A program made the position numbers and the translations under genes. A DNA stretch of 64,000 bases from an uncultured Methylomirabilota bacterium (GTDB lineage: Bacteria > Methylomirabilota > Methylomirabilia > Methylomirabilales > 2-02-FULL-66-22). Positions within the stretch are counted from its first letter, which is position 1. Every line of letters begins with the position of its first letter. Positions 9,422 to 20,508 of this stretch are shown in pieces. The stretch spans positions 192,001 through 256,000 of the forward strand of contig CAWJSJ010000004.1 in assembly GCA_963845565.1 (NCBI GenBank), given 5' to 3'. Below the pieces are notes generated by a model. It did not search any database. It was given only the letters and a program-made list of their open reading frames with translations, and was not told the origin of the DNA.

Positions 9422-10915
9422 TTACGTTCGCGCGAAGAGCCTGGCCTGGGGCCGGAACGGGACGTCGGCATCCAGGGGGAAGATGGGCCGCAGGCAGCGG
9501 GTGTGGCCAAGGCTCTTCAGGTTGGCGGATGTTGCCCCAGGGGCATCCACGTTCACCAGCGTGGCCGCCCACGCCTTAAAGAAGCGCTCCTGGCAGTGGG
9601 GGGACTTCACCACGACGGCATCGAAGTGCGCCGGGTCCTGCCCGTGGGCCAGGAAGAGCGAGCGGTCATAGAGGCTCACCGCGCGACTGGTCACGACCAG
9701 GGTGAAGCAGTCCCCCTCCAGGACTGCGGTCGGTCCCGCCTGCCAGGTGTCGCCATGGGACTCGCTCCGGCAGCGGCCGTCCGAGAGGAGGCGCACCGTG
9801 GCGTTGATCGGCAGCGGCCGGTGACGCTTGGGGTCGAGCGCGCCGCCCACCTCCGTGGTCAGCGTGTGCCCCACACCGGCCGCGAACGCCGCGCGGACCG
9901 CGGGGGGATCCACCACGGGGGCCAGGACCCGCTTGGCGTAGCCGGACTCGACCAGCGCGCGCAGGATGGCGTTGCTGTCGCCAGGGGCGCCGGAACTGGT
10001 GGCGTCGGCGGCGTCGGTCAGGATGGTGGTGCCTTCCGTCTGCGTCGCGATGTGCACGGCCTCCGCGAGACTCGTCAGGGGCTGCTGCAGTCGCTCGCGG
10101 ACCGCCCAGAATCCCTCCGCCAGGGCCAAGGCCTCGCGCTCGGCCCGCGCCGGGTCGTTGTCGGTCACCACGACGCTCCGGGAGCAGAGACCGGGCACAT
10201 CGGTGAACGGGTTGCCGATGAACATGCCGGCGGCCAGGCCACCGGGACTCGTTTCGATGGCCTGGGCCTGGCGGATGAAGGTGCCGAGCAGGCCGGTCGC
10301 CGTGATCAGTTCGTTCCCGCGCACCAGCGCCGGGATGGTGACGACCGCCGTGACGGGTCGCACGGCGCCGGCCAGGATGCGCAGGAGAAGCCGCGCCGCC
10401 CGCTCGCCCGTCTGGAAGAAATCCACGTGGGGATAGGTGTGATACATCGCGATGGCGTCGGCGTGCTGGAGCATGCGGTCCGTCAGGATGCCGTGCAGGT
10501 CGAGGGAGACCACGATGGGGATCCGCTCTCCGAGAATCTTGCGCGTCTCGGCCAGCAGAAATCCCTCGGTGTCGTGCTCGCTTTCGGCCTCCATGGCGCC
10601 GTGGAGGGAAAAGTAGACGGCGTCCACGGGCGGCGCCGATCGGACCGCGTCCAGGAACTCGCGGGCGATCCGGTCGAAGTCCGCCGCCGCCAGGACCCCG
10701 CCGGAGGTGATGGCGCGGGCACTGTAGGCGGGGACGATCTGGACGTCGGGCTGTGTCGCGAAGACGCCGAGGGCGCCCGCCATCTCGCTCCCGACCCCCG
10801 CGTGGCGGCGGAGCAGCTCGGGCCCGACGGCGATGCTGAAGTCCTGGTAGTGACTCGGGACCGGATTGAACGAGGATGATTCCTGCTTGCATTCCGCAAC
10901 CAGAATCTTCGCCAT
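9422..10915 (-). CDS. M81/MlrC-family metallopeptidase
   Basis: QESSSFNP, LHGAM, SLDLHG, YHTYPHVD, GAPGDS, VVKS. Confidence 0.88.
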   Translation of the reverse strand: MAKILVAECKQESSSFNPVPSHYQDFSIAVGPELLRRHAGVGSEMAGALGVFATQPDVQIVPAYSARAITSGGVLAAADFDRIAREFLDAVRSAPPVDAVYFSLHGAMEAESEHDTEGFLLAETRKILGERIPIVVSLDLHGILTDRMLQHADAIAMYHTYPHVDFFQTGERAARLLLRILAGAVRPVTAVVTIPALVRGNELITATGLLGTFIRQAQAIETSPGGLAAGMFIGNPFTDVPGLCSRSVVVTDNDPARAEREALALAEGFWAVRERLQQPLTSLAEAVHIATQTEGTTILTDAADATSSGAPGDSNAILRALVESGYAKRVLAPVVDPPAVRAAFAAGVGHTLTTEVGGALDPKRHRPLPINATVRLLSDGRCRSESHGDTWQAGPTAVLEGDCFTLVVTSRAVSLYDRSLFLAHGQDPAHFDAVVVKSPHCQERFFKAWAATLVNVDAPGATSANLKSLGHTRCLRPIFPLDADVPFRPQARLFART

Positions 10916-11057
10916 CGCCGATGCTCCTTCCCTCGCATTCGCCTGGGCGTCGGGCCCGCGGGCGCCGCCCTGCATGCGACAGTCCTGCATCCCGGAACGG
11001 CACGGGGAGCGCCGATGGTCGGGCGCTCCCCGTTGCCGGAAGAACCGCGCGTGCTGG

Positions 11058-11957
11058 TTACTTCGTGATGAACTCCACCGCCATCACCGTCCGCGGCGGC
11101 ACGGGTTGCTCCTTGGTCTTGATCCACTTGGCGTGGAGCACGCCCGTCTTGCCGATGTTGTACGGGGGCAGGGCGATGGTCATGGCCAACTCGCCCCGCG
11201 ACACGGCCTCGCGGGCGTCCTTGTTGGCGTCCATGCCGGTGATCTTGATCCCCGTCCGCTTCGACGCCTTGACGGCGGCCAGGACCCCCATGGCCATCTC
11301 GTCGTTGAAGCAGAAGACGGCATCGATCTGCGGCTGGGCCTGGAGGATATTCTCCATCACGCCGAGAGTCACTGCCCGGTCATATTTCCCGCTCTGCTGG
11401 GCGACGATCTTGATGCCCGGGTACTTGGGCCACACCTCGGCGGATCCCTTCTTCCGGTCCTCGGACGAGGCGGCGCCCGGGATGCCCTCCATGACGACCA
11501 CGTTCCCCTTGCCGCCGAGGGCCTTGGCCACCCATTCGGCGCCCTCGCGGCCGATCACCACGTTGTCGGTCCCGATGTGCGAGGTCACCTTGGCGCCGGG
11601 GACGGCGCGCTGCAGCGTGACGACGGGGATCCCGGCCTCCGCCGCCTTGTTCAGGACCGCCGCCGCGCCGTCATGGGTGGCGTTGATGATGATCACGTCC
11701 ACTTTTTTCTGGATCAGGTCCTCGACGTCGGCAATCTGCTTCTCCAGCTTGTCCTCGGCGTTCAGGATGGTGGCCTCCATCCCCTGAGCCTTGGCCTCGT
11801 CGCGGACGCCGTCGGCCATGGCCTTGTAGAAGGGATTGACCTGGGTGGAGACGGAGAACCCGATCTTCACGCCGGCCTGGCCGCCGGAGACCGTCACCGC
11901 CAGGAATCCCACCGCCAGGATCGTGATGCCCACGACGCGCCATCCTCGGATACCCAT
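11058..11957 (-). CDS. sugar ABC transporter substrate-binding protein (RbsB-like)
   Basis: signal peptide; NPFY, IGTDN, NDEMAMG. Confidence 0.9.
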   Translation of the reverse strand: MGIRGWRVVGITILAVGFLAVTVSGGQAGVKIGFSVSTQVNPFYKAMADGVRDEAKAQGMEATILNAEDKLEKQIADVEDLIQKKVDVIIINATHDGAAAVLNKAAEAGIPVVTLQRAVPGAKVTSHIGTDNVVIGREGAEWVAKALGGKGNVVVMEGIPGAASSEDRKKGSAEVWPKYPGIKIVAQQSGKYDRAVTLGVMENILQAQPQIDAVFCFNDEMAMGVLAAVKASKRTGIKITGMDANKDAREAVSRGELAMTIALPPYNIGKTGVLHAKWIKTKEQPVPPRTVMAVEFITK

Positions 11958-12023
11958 CCTGCTCCTCCTTTCCGGCGTGTCGGTCCGGTCCCACCATGGG
12001 GCCGGAGGACGCCGGTTGCGACA

Positions 12024-13010
12024 TTACCCGGAGTGCTCGCGCGGCTCCCCGCGATCCTCCGATGGAACCGCGGGACCGCTGCGCCCCGTACCTGCCTTGA
12101 TCGCCTGATCCACCAGCACGGCCAGGACGATCACGCCTCCCTTGGCGATGAGCTGGTAGAACGGGCTGACGTTCATCAGGTTGAAGCCGTTGTTCAGGAC
12201 GCCGATGATGAAGGCGCCGACGACCGTGCCCCAGATCGTCCCCTCGCCCCCCATCAGGCTGGTGCCGCCCAGGACCACGGCGGCGATCGCGTCCAGCTCG
12301 AACCCGACCCCGGTATTCGGCTGCGCCGAGCTCAGCCGCGCCGCCAGGACCAGACCGGCGAGCCCGGCCAGGACCCCCCCCAGAACATACACGAGGATCT
12401 GGATTCCCGCCAGGCTGATCCCCGCCAGCCGGGCGGCCTCGGCGTTGCCGCCAACGGCATACACGTAGGTTCCCCAGCGGGTGCGCGACAGAAACCAATG
12501 GGCGGCGAGCAGGGTGGCGATCATGAGCAGGATGGGGACGGGGATCGGACCGATGAAGGCCTGTCCCAGCCAGAGGTAGGGACCCTCGGTCTTGACGATC
12601 GGCTCGCCGTTGGTGAGAACCAGCGCCACCCCGCGCACCACGGTCATGGTGGCCAGGGTGGTGATGAAGGGGGGCACGCGCCCCCAGGCGATCAGGGCGC
12701 CGTTCAGCAGACCCACACCGGCGGCCACCACGATGCCCGCCAGCATGCCGACGACGTCGCCGGCGGGCCGGGCGACGAGGAGCGCGGCGCAGCCCGCCAG
12801 GGCGATGGTCGAGCCGACGGAGAGGTCGATCCCGCCGGTGATGATCACGATCGTCATCCCGGCCGCCACGATGGCGTTGATGGAGACCTGGCGCGCCACG
12901 TTGATCAGGTTGGAGGCGGTCAGGAACCGGTCCGACAGCAGACTCAACACGGCGCCGATCAGGAGGAGGCCCAGGAGGGACCCGTAGTCCCGCAGGAGTC
13001 GTCGGCTCAT
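12024..13010 (-). CDS. sugar ABC transporter permease (RbsC-like)
   Basis: GGIDLSVGS, PPFITTL, ELDAIAAVVLGGTSL. Confidence 0.92.
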   Translation of the reverse strand: MSRRLLRDYGSLLGLLLIGAVLSLLSDRFLTASNLINVARQVSINAIVAAGMTIVIITGGIDLSVGSTIALAGCAALLVARPAGDVVGMLAGIVVAAGVGLLNGALIAWGRVPPFITTLATMTVVRGVALVLTNGEPIVKTEGPYLWLGQAFIGPIPVPILLMIATLLAAHWFLSRTRWGTYVYAVGGNAEAARLAGISLAGIQILVYVLGGVLAGLAGLVLAARLSSAQPNTGVGFELDAIAAVVLGGTSLMGGEGTIWGTVVGAFIIGVLNNGFNLMNVSPFYQLIAKGGVIVLAVLVDQAIKAGTGRSGPAVPSEDRGEPREHSG

Positions 13011-13014
13011 GGCG

Positions 13015-14508
13015 TCATCTCGTCAGACCGGTGGCGTGCGCCATCACGGTTTCGGGGGAGGCGGTGCGCGCGTCCAGCTCTGCAACCACCTGATGGCGGC
13101 GCATGACGCACAGTCGATCGCTCATGGCAATGACCTCCGGCAGGTCGGACGAGATGAGAAGAATGCCTTTGCCGTCCCGGACGAGCTGGTTCATCAGGCG
13201 GTACATCTCCTGCTTGGCCCCCACGTCGATGCCCCGCGTCGGCTCGTCCAGGATCAGCAGGCGGGACCGGCGAGCGAGCCACTTGGCCAGGACCACCTTC
13301 TGCTGGTTGCCGCCGCTCAGACTCCGCACCGGGTGCGCAGGGTCGGCCAGACGGATGCGGAGCTCCCGGATCAGCGGCTCCGCCAGGCGGCGCACGCCGC
13401 CCCGGGCGGGCAGCCAGCCGGCCAGGAGGCGATCCAGGTTGGGTAGGGCGATGTTCACGTCCACGCCCAGGCCCAGCACCAGTCCCTGTCCCTGGCGATC
13501 CTCCGGCACCATGCCGATCCCCAACCGGATCGCTTGCCGCGGCGTCGTGACCCGGAGCGGACGGCCACACCAGGTGAGGGCGAGGCCCGGGTGACGCTCG
13601 GCGCCGAAGACGGCGCGGACCAGCTCGGTCCGGCCGGATCCGACCAGACCAGCCAGGCCGACCACTTCTCCCGCCGCGACGCGCACGGGGAGGCCGGCGG
13701 CCGGCCGGATCTCCAGGAGGGGCTCCCCCGGCGCCGCCGGTTCCTTGGGGTAGTGCTCCGTGATGCTCCGGCCCACCATCCCCCGGATGAGCCGGTCCAG
13801 CGTCGCCTCGCCGGCGCCCAAGGTTTCCACCCGACGCCCGTCCCGCAGGATGGTCACGCGGTCCGCCAGGCTCAGCACTTCCTCCAGGCGATGGGAGATG
13901 TAGAGGACGCTGACCCCCCGCGCGCGCAACCGCCGCACGGTCTCGTGCAGGCGAGCCGTCTCCTGGGTGGTGAGGGTGGCGGTCGGCTCGTCCATCAGGA
14001 TCAGCCGCGATTCGCGAGACAGCGCGCGGGCGATCTCCACCATCTGCCGCTCCGGAACCGAGAGCTCCCGCACCGGTCGGTCCGGATCCAGACCACCCGC
14101 TCCTTCCGTCCGGCCCAGAAGATCGGCCACCAGGCTGACGGTCCGGGCCCGCATGGCGGCCCGGCGCGCGGCCCCGCCGCCGGGGACGGAGGTCTCGTGC
14201 CCCAGAAAAATATTCTGCGTCGCCGTGAGCGCGGGGATGAGGGTGAATTCCTGGTAGATGGTGACGATGCCGCAGGCCTCGCTGGCGCGCGGCGAGCCGA
14301 CGGGCAGGGGGGCGCCCGCGAAGCGAAGGTCGCCGGCATCGGGTCGCACCGCCCCGCTCAGGATTTTGAGGAGTGTGGACTTGCCGGCGCCGTTTTCCCC
14401 GACCAACGCGTGGACCTCGCCCGGCTGGACCTCGAGATCCACGCCGGCAAGAGCCTGCACGCCGCCGTACCGCTTGGTCAGACCTCGCACGGAGAGTAGG
14501 GGATCCAT
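13015..14508 (-). CDS. sugar ABC transporter ATPase (RbsA-like)
   Basis: GENGAGKST, LSGGNQQK, DEPTRGIDVGAK. Confidence 0.93.
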   Translation of the reverse strand: MDPLLSVRGLTKRYGGVQALAGVDLEVQPGEVHALVGENGAGKSTLLKILSGAVRPDAGDLRFAGAPLPVGSPRASEACGIVTIYQEFTLIPALTATQNIFLGHETSVPGGGAARRAAMRARTVSLVADLLGRTEGAGGLDPDRPVRELSVPERQMVEIARALSRESRLILMDEPTATLTTQETARLHETVRRLRARGVSVLYISHRLEEVLSLADRVTILRDGRRVETLGAGEATLDRLIRGMVGRSITEHYPKEPAAPGEPLLEIRPAAGLPVRVAAGEVVGLAGLVGSGRTELVRAVFGAERHPGLALTWCGRPLRVTTPRQAIRLGIGMVPEDRQGQGLVLGLGVDVNIALPNLDRLLAGWLPARGGVRRLAEPLIRELRIRLADPAHPVRSLSGGNQQKVVLAKWLARRSRLLILDEPTRGIDVGAKQEMYRLMNQLVRDGKGILLISSDLPEVIAMSDRLCVMRRHQVVAELDARTASPETVMAHATGLTR

Positions 14509-14788
14509 GGTCGCGTGCCGCGTCGGCGCGGGGCCGGAAAGGAATTAGCGCGCCACCATAGACCACCGAGCCGGGTTGGTTGTCAAGGGAAAAGCGGGCG
14601 GTGGTGACCGAGGAGGGCGGGTGCGGCCCGCACCGGGAAGGGCGCCCGCGTGGTGGACTCCCGAAAAAGTTCTTGTTGTACGGCGACAGGCTTTGTAGTA
14701 GCTTCCGTTTCGGCCAGCCCTGGCGCCCCCGCGTGGGCGGTTGTGTGCCGGGGAGACTCGCAACCACACCTCAGGAAAGGAGAGCAGC

Positions 14789-15079
14789 ATGGCGAAGCCG
14801 ATGACCAAGGCGCAGACCGTCACCTACTTCTCGGACAAGTTGGGCATCACCCGCAAGGTCGCCGCGGCGTTCCTGGATGAGCAGGCGAAGCTGGCCGGCA
14901 AAGAGGCCAAGAACGGCTACACGATTCCGGGGCTGGGCAAGCTGGTGTTGGTGAATCGCAAGGCGCGGATGGGCCGCAACCCTCAGACCGGCGAGGCCAT
15001 CAAGATCGCCGCACGCCGCGTCGTGCGCTTCCGTGTGGCCAAGGCCATGAAGGATTCCGTGCTGGGCGGCAAGAAGTAG
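14789..15079 (+). CDS. hup: HU family DNA-binding protein
   Basis: AGGAG RBS; RKARMGRNPQTGEAIKIAA. Confidence 0.92.
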   Translation: MAKPMTKAQTVTYFSDKLGITRKVAAAFLDEQAKLAGKEAKNGYTIPGLGKLVLVNRKARMGRNPQTGEAIKIAARRVVRFRVAKAMKDSVLGGKK

Positions 15080-15340
15080 GCGTGCCGGTCCGGGCAGCTC
15101 TCGCGGTGCGTCACGGCGATGGGGGCGGAGCGTGGCGCTCCGTGGCGCCCGATCCCGTCGGTCTGCGACGCCTCCTCCTGCAAGATTGCGGCGAGGGAGG
15201 ATCGCTCTAGGGCGGTTCTCCCTCGCCGGCGCCCCCCACTTGGCGGGGCGGGACACGCGCCGTGCAGGGGCTTCTGGGAAGCCGGCGTCCCGCCTCTTTC
15301 GTAGTTGCACCCGCCAGCGTGCCAACGGAGACGACAAACC

Positions 15341-17566
15341 ATGGCGGCGGCGTCCCTCTCCAACACGAGTGTGAAAGCCATCATCCAGGGCGAATGCGGG
15401 GATCCCTTCGCGGTGCTCGGGCCGCATGTGATCCGCCGGGCCCGGCGTCCCGCCGTAGCCATCCGCGCCTTTCTCCCCCATGCGGCTCAGGTCACCGTCG
15501 TGCCCGCCGAGGTCGGTGCGCTCCCGCAACCGATGGAGCGGCTGCACGCGTCAGGCCTTTTCGAAGCCGTGTTCGCCGACCGGCGCGAACTGTTCGGGTA
15601 TCAGTTGGAGGTGCGGGATCGTGATGGCATCGCCTGTCGCTGCGAGGACGCCTTCCGGTTTCCCTCCGCGCTGAGCGATTTCGACCTCCACCTCTTGGGC
15701 GAGGGGACCGACTACCGGGCCTACCAGAAGCTGGGGGCGCATCTCGCGACGGTGGACGGCGTGACGGGGGTGCGGTTCGCGGTCTGGGCGCCGAACGCGC
15801 GGCGGGTCAGCGCGGTGGGCGACTGGAACGGCTGGGACGGCCGGGTGCACCCGATGCGCCTCCATCCCGGCAACGGACTCTGGGAGATCTTCATCCCGGG
15901 GCTGGGCAGCGGGGCGCTGTACAAGTACGAGATCCTGCCGAAGAGCAGCGCGCCCCTCGCCCTCAAGTCGGACCCGGTCGCCTTCGCCTTCGAGGAGCGC
16001 GATCCCCCCACGGCCTCGATGGTCGCCGATCTCGACTATGCGTGGGGCGATGCGGAGTGGATGGCCGCGCGGGCGGCGCGGAACGCTCTGGAGACTCCCC
16101 TTTCCATCTACGAGGTCCATCCCGGCTCCTGGATGCGGGTGCCGGAAGAGGGCAACCGCTACCTGACCTATCGCGAACTGGGCGAGCGCTTGGGCGCCTA
16201 TGCGGCGGAGATGGGCTACACCCATGTGGAGTTCATGCCGATCACGGAGCATCCCTTCTACGGCTCCTGGGGGTACCAGCCCATCGGCCTCTATGCCCCG
16301 ACGCGCCGGTACGGCGCGCCGCAGGACTTCATGGCCTGCGTGGACGCGCTTCACCGATACGGTGTGGGCGTCATCCTGGACTGGGTACCGGCCCACTTCC
16401 CGAACGACCCGCATGGTTTGACCTACTTCGACGGGACGCACCTGTACGAGCACGAGGACCCGCGCCGGCGCGAACATCCGGAGTGGGGGACCCGCATTTT
16501 CAACTACGGCCGGAACGAGGTGGCCAACTATCTGATCGGGAGCGCCCTCTTCTGGCTGGACAAGTACCACATCGACGGGCTCCGCTTGGACGCCGTGGCC
16601 TCCATGATCTATCTCGATTACGCCCGGCAGGGCGGCGACTGGCTCCCGAACCAGTACGGCGGGCGAGAGAATCTGGAGGCGGTGAGCTTTCTCCGACGAT
16701 TGAACGAGGCCGTCTACCGCGAGCATCCGGGAGCCATCACGATCGCCGAAGAGTCGACAGCCTGGCCGCAGGTGTCGCGCCCGACGTACGTCGGCGGACT
16801 GGGGTTCGGGTTCAAGTGGAACATGGGCTGGATGCACGACCTGCTCGACTACATGACCGAAGACCCCATCCACCGGAAGTACCATCACAACCATCTCACC
16901 TTCGGATTCCTGTACGCCTGGAGCGAGAACTTCATCCTGCCGCTCTCGCATGACGAGGTGGTGTACGGCAAAGGGTCGCTGCACCGGAAGATGCCCGGGG
17001 ACGACTGGCAGAAATTTGCCAACCTGCGCGCGTTCTTCGGCTTCATGTACGGGCATCCAGGCAAGAAACTGCTCTTCATGGGGGGCGAGTTCGGCCAGAC
17101 CAACGAATGGGACCATGAGGCGAGCCTGGATTGGCACCTCTTGGAGATGGGGCCGTACCATCGCGGATTGCAGCGCCTGGTGCAAGACCTGAACGGGCTC
17201 TACCGGACGCAGCCGGCCCTGTACCAGGTGGACTTTTCGTCCGAGGGGTTTCAATGGATGGACTGCGACGACACGGACGCGAGCGTGGTGTCGTTCGTTC
17301 GGCGCGCGCGCGACCCGCAGGACTTCCTCCTCTTCGTGTGCAACTTCACCCCGGTGGTGCGGAGCGGCTACCGGGTCGGCGTTCCGCGCGGCGGTTTCTA
17401 CCACGAGCGGATCAACACGGACGGCGCGATCTACGGCGGAAGCAACGTCGGGAACGCCGGAAACGTCCTGGCGGAGCCCATCCCGACCCACGGTCAGCCG
17501 TATTCGCTCCGGCTCGACTTGCCGCCCCTGGCGACCCTGGTGCTGCGACCCGATGGAGTCTGGTGA
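15341..17566 (+). CDS. glgB: 1,4-alpha-glucan branching enzyme
   Basis: [36 protein letters not shown]. Confidence 0.97.
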   Translation: MAAASLSNTSVKAIIQGECGDPFAVLGPHVIRRARRPAVAIRAFLPHAAQVTVVPAEVGALPQPMERLHASGLFEAVFADRRELFGYQLEVRDRDGIACRCEDAFRFPSALSDFDLHLLGEGTDYRAYQKLGAHLATVDGVTGVRFAVWAPNARRVSAVGDWNGWDGRVHPMRLHPGNGLWEIFIPGLGSGALYKYEILPKSSAPLALKSDPVAFAFEERDPPTASMVADLDYAWGDAEWMAARAARNALETPLSIYEVHPGSWMRVPEEGNRYLTYRELGERLGAYAAEMGYTHVEFMPITEHPFYGSWGYQPIGLYAPTRRYGAPQDFMACVDALHRYGVGVILDWVPAHFPNDPHGLTYFDGTHLYEHEDPRRREHPEWGTRIFNYGRNEVANYLIGSALFWLDKYHIDGLRLDAVASMIYLDYARQGGDWLPNQYGGRENLEAVSFLRRLNEAVYREHPGAITIAEESTAWPQVSRPTYVGGLGFGFKWNMGWMHDLLDYMTEDPIHRKYHHNHLTFGFLYAWSENFILPLSHDEVVYGKGSLHRKMPGDDWQKFANLRAFFGFMYGHPGKKLLFMGGEFGQTNEWDHEASLDWHLLEMGPYHRGLQRLVQDLNGLYRTQPALYQVDFSSEGFQWMDCDDTDASVVSFVRRARDPQDFLLFVCNFTPVVRSGYRVGVPRGGFYHERINTDGAIYGGSNVGNAGNVLAEPIPTHGQPYSLRLDLPPLATLVLRPDGVW

Positions 17567-17706
17567 GTCGGCACGCTCGGCTGGCTCACACCCCTGGTAC
17601 ACGCCCTGCGCCGCGGTCATTCGATTCGGATCATTCACGAGTCCTTCGTGATTGATCCGGGCTCAACCGTCTCTCCCCACGCCACCCGTTCCGCGAGGAG
17701 GACCGC

Positions 17707-19107
17707 ATGCGCTCCGACGAACTCGCCTTCATGCCCGCCAGCGATCTGGCCGCCCTGATCCGGAACCAGCAGGTGTCCCCCGTCGAGGCGGTCGGAGCCG
17801 TCCTCGATCGAATCGCCCACCTCAATCCGCAACTCAACGCCTTCTGCGCCGTGACGGCGGATGCCGCCCGGGCGGAGGCGCGAGCGGCCGAGGCCGCCGT
17901 CCTGCGCGGAGACCGGCTCGGCCCGCTGCACGGCGTGCCGTTCTCGGTCAAAGACCTCGTGATTACCCGAGGGGTCCGGACGGGATTCGGGTCGCGCATC
18001 TTCGCGGACAACATTCCGACCGAGGACGCCCCCGTCGTCGAGCGACTGAAAGCTGCCGGCGGGATCATGGTGGGGAAGACGACGACGCCGGAGTTCGGGT
18101 GGAAGGGCACCACCGACTCGCCGCTCACCGGGATCAGCCGGAATCCCTGGGATCCGACCAAATCGCCGGGCGGCTCCAGCGGCGGCGCCGCCGCCGCGGT
18201 GGCGGCCGGCCTGGCGCCGCTGGCGGTCGGAACGGATGGCGGCGGCTCGATTCGCATCCCGGGGAGCTTCTGCGGCATCTTCGGCCTGAAGCCGACCTGC
18301 GGCGTGGTGCCCATCTATCCGATGCCGAATACCGGAACGCTCTCCCACGTCGGCCCCATGACCCGGACGGTGCGGGACGCCGCCCTGATGCTGTCGGTGA
18401 TGGCGGGGCCGGATGACCGGGATCCGCTGTCCTTCCCGACCACCGGGACCGATTTTACCGAAGGGCTGGAGACGGGGATCCGGGGGTTGCGCGTGGCCTG
18501 GAGCCCCACGCTGGGCTATGCGCGCGTGCACCCGGAGGTGCTGGCGGCGACGACGCGCGCGGCACGGCGCTTCGAGGAGCTGGGATGTCAGGTGGACGAG
18601 GTGGAGCGGGTCTTCGCCGATCCCGACGCGATCTGGGCGCCGCTCTTCTATGGGGGCATCGCCGGCCGCCTGCAGGAGTACCTGCCCGCCTGGGCGGATC
18701 GCCTCGATCCGGGATTGGTCTCGGTGATCGAGGAGGGAGGCCGCATTTTCGCGGCGGAGTTTGTCCGGGCAACGCTGGCCCGGGCCGCCTTCTGGCAGGA
18801 GGTCCGGAAATTCTTCCTGCGATACGACCTGCTCCTCACGCCGACCCTGGCCTCGCTGCCGTTCGCGGCGGGCGAGGAGAAGCCGGCGGACGCGCCGACC
18901 GGTTCCCGCCTGGCCTGGGTGGCCTTCACCTATCCGTTCAACCTGACCGGGCAGCCTGCCGCCACGGTGCCGTGCGGTTTCACGCCGGCCGGGTTGCCTG
19001 TCGGGCTGCAGATCGTGGGGAAGCGACTGGCGGACGCGACGGTGCTGCGGGCAGCGGCAACCTTCGAGGCGGCGGCCCCGTGGGCCGGCCGTCGGCCGGC
19101 GGTGTGA
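17707..19107 (+). CDS. amidase signature family protein
   Basis: SVKD, PGGSSGG, GTDGGGSIRIP. Confidence 0.93.
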   Translation: MRSDELAFMPASDLAALIRNQQVSPVEAVGAVLDRIAHLNPQLNAFCAVTADAARAEARAAEAAVLRGDRLGPLHGVPFSVKDLVITRGVRTGFGSRIFADNIPTEDAPVVERLKAAGGIMVGKTTTPEFGWKGTTDSPLTGISRNPWDPTKSPGGSSGGAAAAVAAGLAPLAVGTDGGGSIRIPGSFCGIFGLKPTCGVVPIYPMPNTGTLSHVGPMTRTVRDAALMLSVMAGPDDRDPLSFPTTGTDFTEGLETGIRGLRVAWSPTLGYARVHPEVLAATTRAARRFEELGCQVDEVERVFADPDAIWAPLFYGGIAGRLQEYLPAWADRLDPGLVSVIEEGGRIFAAEFVRATLARAAFWQEVRKFFLRYDLLLTPTLASLPFAAGEEKPADAPTGSRLAWVAFTYPFNLTGQPAATVPCGFTPAGLPVGLQIVGKRLADATVLRAAATFEAAAPWAGRRPAV

Positions 19108-19124
19108 GGGGCCTGCGGAGAGGC

Positions 19125-19163
19125 GAGAGGCCAGAGCCGAGAGCATAGAGCCGAGAGCCGAGA
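19125..19163. repeat. degenerate heptamer tandem repeat (GAGAGCC-like)
   Basis: gagaggc cagagcc gagagca tagagcc gagagcc. Confidence 0.6.
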
Positions 19164-19165
19164 CG

Positions 19166-19212
19166 GGACCCGCACGCACGGCGGGGGGTTGCCCCGCCGT
19201 GCGTGCGGGTCC
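19166..19212. terminator. 21-bp perfect hairpin between convergent genes
   Basis: GGACCCGCACGCACGGCGGGG-GGTTG-CCCCGCCGTGCGTGCGGGTCC. Confidence 0.6.
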
Positions 19213-19218
19213 GCGAGA

Positions 19219-20436
19219 CTACTTCACGACCGCCTTGATCATCTTGCCGAACTCCGTCCCATCCACCAGTCCCTTCTTCTTCAGCGAGGCGGCCTTCACC
19301 CGCAGGACCAGTTCGCCCACCTGCTCCTCCGTGGCCTTCACCCGGAGGCGCTGCAGGTGGATCTTGATCGAGTCGATCCCGCTGTTCTTCCCCAGGACCA
19401 CCCGCGGCGCCCGCTGACCCACCAGATTCCAGTGGATCGGGAAGACCTCCAGGATGTGCTCCGGTCCCACGTTCTTCAGCCACGACGCGATGATCCCCGA
19501 CTCGACATCGTAGACGTCGTCCCCCACGATCTGCCGGTTGGCGGGCATGGCGACCTTGGCGATCTTGCGGACGTACCGGGAGAGCTTGGTGAGCTGCTCC
19601 GTCTTGATCCCGGTGTCCACCCCGTACATGGTGAGCAGCGAGATGAGCGTGTCCTCCGTCGGGGCATTACCGGCCCGCTCCCCGATGCCACTGATGGTCG
19701 AGTGAACGACGGAGGCGCCCTCCGCCAGAGCGATGATCGTGTTGGCCACTCCCATGCCGAAGTCCATGTGGAAGTGAGTCTCCAGCGGCTTCTTGATCCG
19801 CTTCTGGGTCTCGCGCACGAAGTAGCTCACCGCGTGGGGCGAGAGCACGCCGAAGGTGTCCACCAGGGCCATGGCATCCATGTGGCCCTCGGTGGCCACT
19901 CGCTCCATGGTGTTCAGGTACCAGCCCATCTCGGCCCGCGAGGCGTCGATGGGGAAGAAGACCACGTAGAGCCCCTGCGACTTGGCGTACCGGGTGGCCT
20001 CGATGGAGGTCTCCACCGCCTTTTCCATCGACCACCGGTAGGCGTACTTGATGATGTGCTCGCTGGCGGGCACCTCCATCACGATGCCCTTGACCCCCGT
20101 GTCCACCGCGCGCTTCACGTCCTCCACCATGCAGCGGGAGAAGGCGAAGATCTCCGCGGGCAGCTTGAGCTTCACGATCTCTCTGATCGCCTGGGCGTCG
20201 TATTTGGAGACCGCCGGCATCCCCGCCTCGATGCGATGCACCCCGGCCTCGGCCAGCATCGTCGCCAGCTTGATCTTCTCCTTGGGGGTGAACTCGACGC
20301 CGGCCTGCTGCTCTCCGTCCCGGAGGCAGACGTCGTGGAACTTGATGCGCTTCGGGAAGCGGTGAGAGGCCTTGACCTCACTCACGAAATTCCAGGGGCT
20401 GGTGAACCATTTGTCCGTCTTCCAGGGCGTCTTCAT
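19219..20436 (-). CDS. DRE-TIM metallolyase (homocitrate/isopropylmalate synthase-like, no regulatory domain)
   Basis: DVCLRDGEQ, HFHMDFGMG, GIGERAGN, LGKNSG; AAGGAG RBS. Confidence 0.85.
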   Translation of the reverse strand: MKTPWKTDKWFTSPWNFVSEVKASHRFPKRIKFHDVCLRDGEQQAGVEFTPKEKIKLATMLAEAGVHRIEAGMPAVSKYDAQAIREIVKLKLPAEIFAFSRCMVEDVKRAVDTGVKGIVMEVPASEHIIKYAYRWSMEKAVETSIEATRYAKSQGLYVVFFPIDASRAEMGWYLNTMERVATEGHMDAMALVDTFGVLSPHAVSYFVRETQKRIKKPLETHFHMDFGMGVANTIIALAEGASVVHSTISGIGERAGNAPTEDTLISLLTMYGVDTGIKTEQLTKLSRYVRKIAKVAMPANRQIVGDDVYDVESGIIASWLKNVGPEHILEVFPIHWNLVGQRAPRVVLGKNSGIDSIKIHLQRLRVKATEEQVGELVLRVKAASLKKKGLVDGTEFGKMIKAVVK

Positions 20437-20508
20437 CGCGGCTCCTTCCATGTGATGGATGCTGTCCGATTGCCTGCACCGTTCGGCGAGAGTGCCGCCC
20501 CGTGCCGA

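Noticed and set aside
15551..17638. Long antisense or alternative-frame ORFs (also 37717-40578, 10866-13106, 25097-27043 and others)
   Set aside because: Shadow ORFs of well-supported genes, expected in high-GC DNA; no family motifs.
17707..19107. Calling the amidase gatA
   Set aside because: No gatB/gatC neighbours, and only general amidase signature motifs are visible.
19219..20436. Calling the DRE-TIM enzyme leuA or nifV
   Set aside because: No LeuA regulatory domain and no leu or nif context; specificity cannot be assigned.
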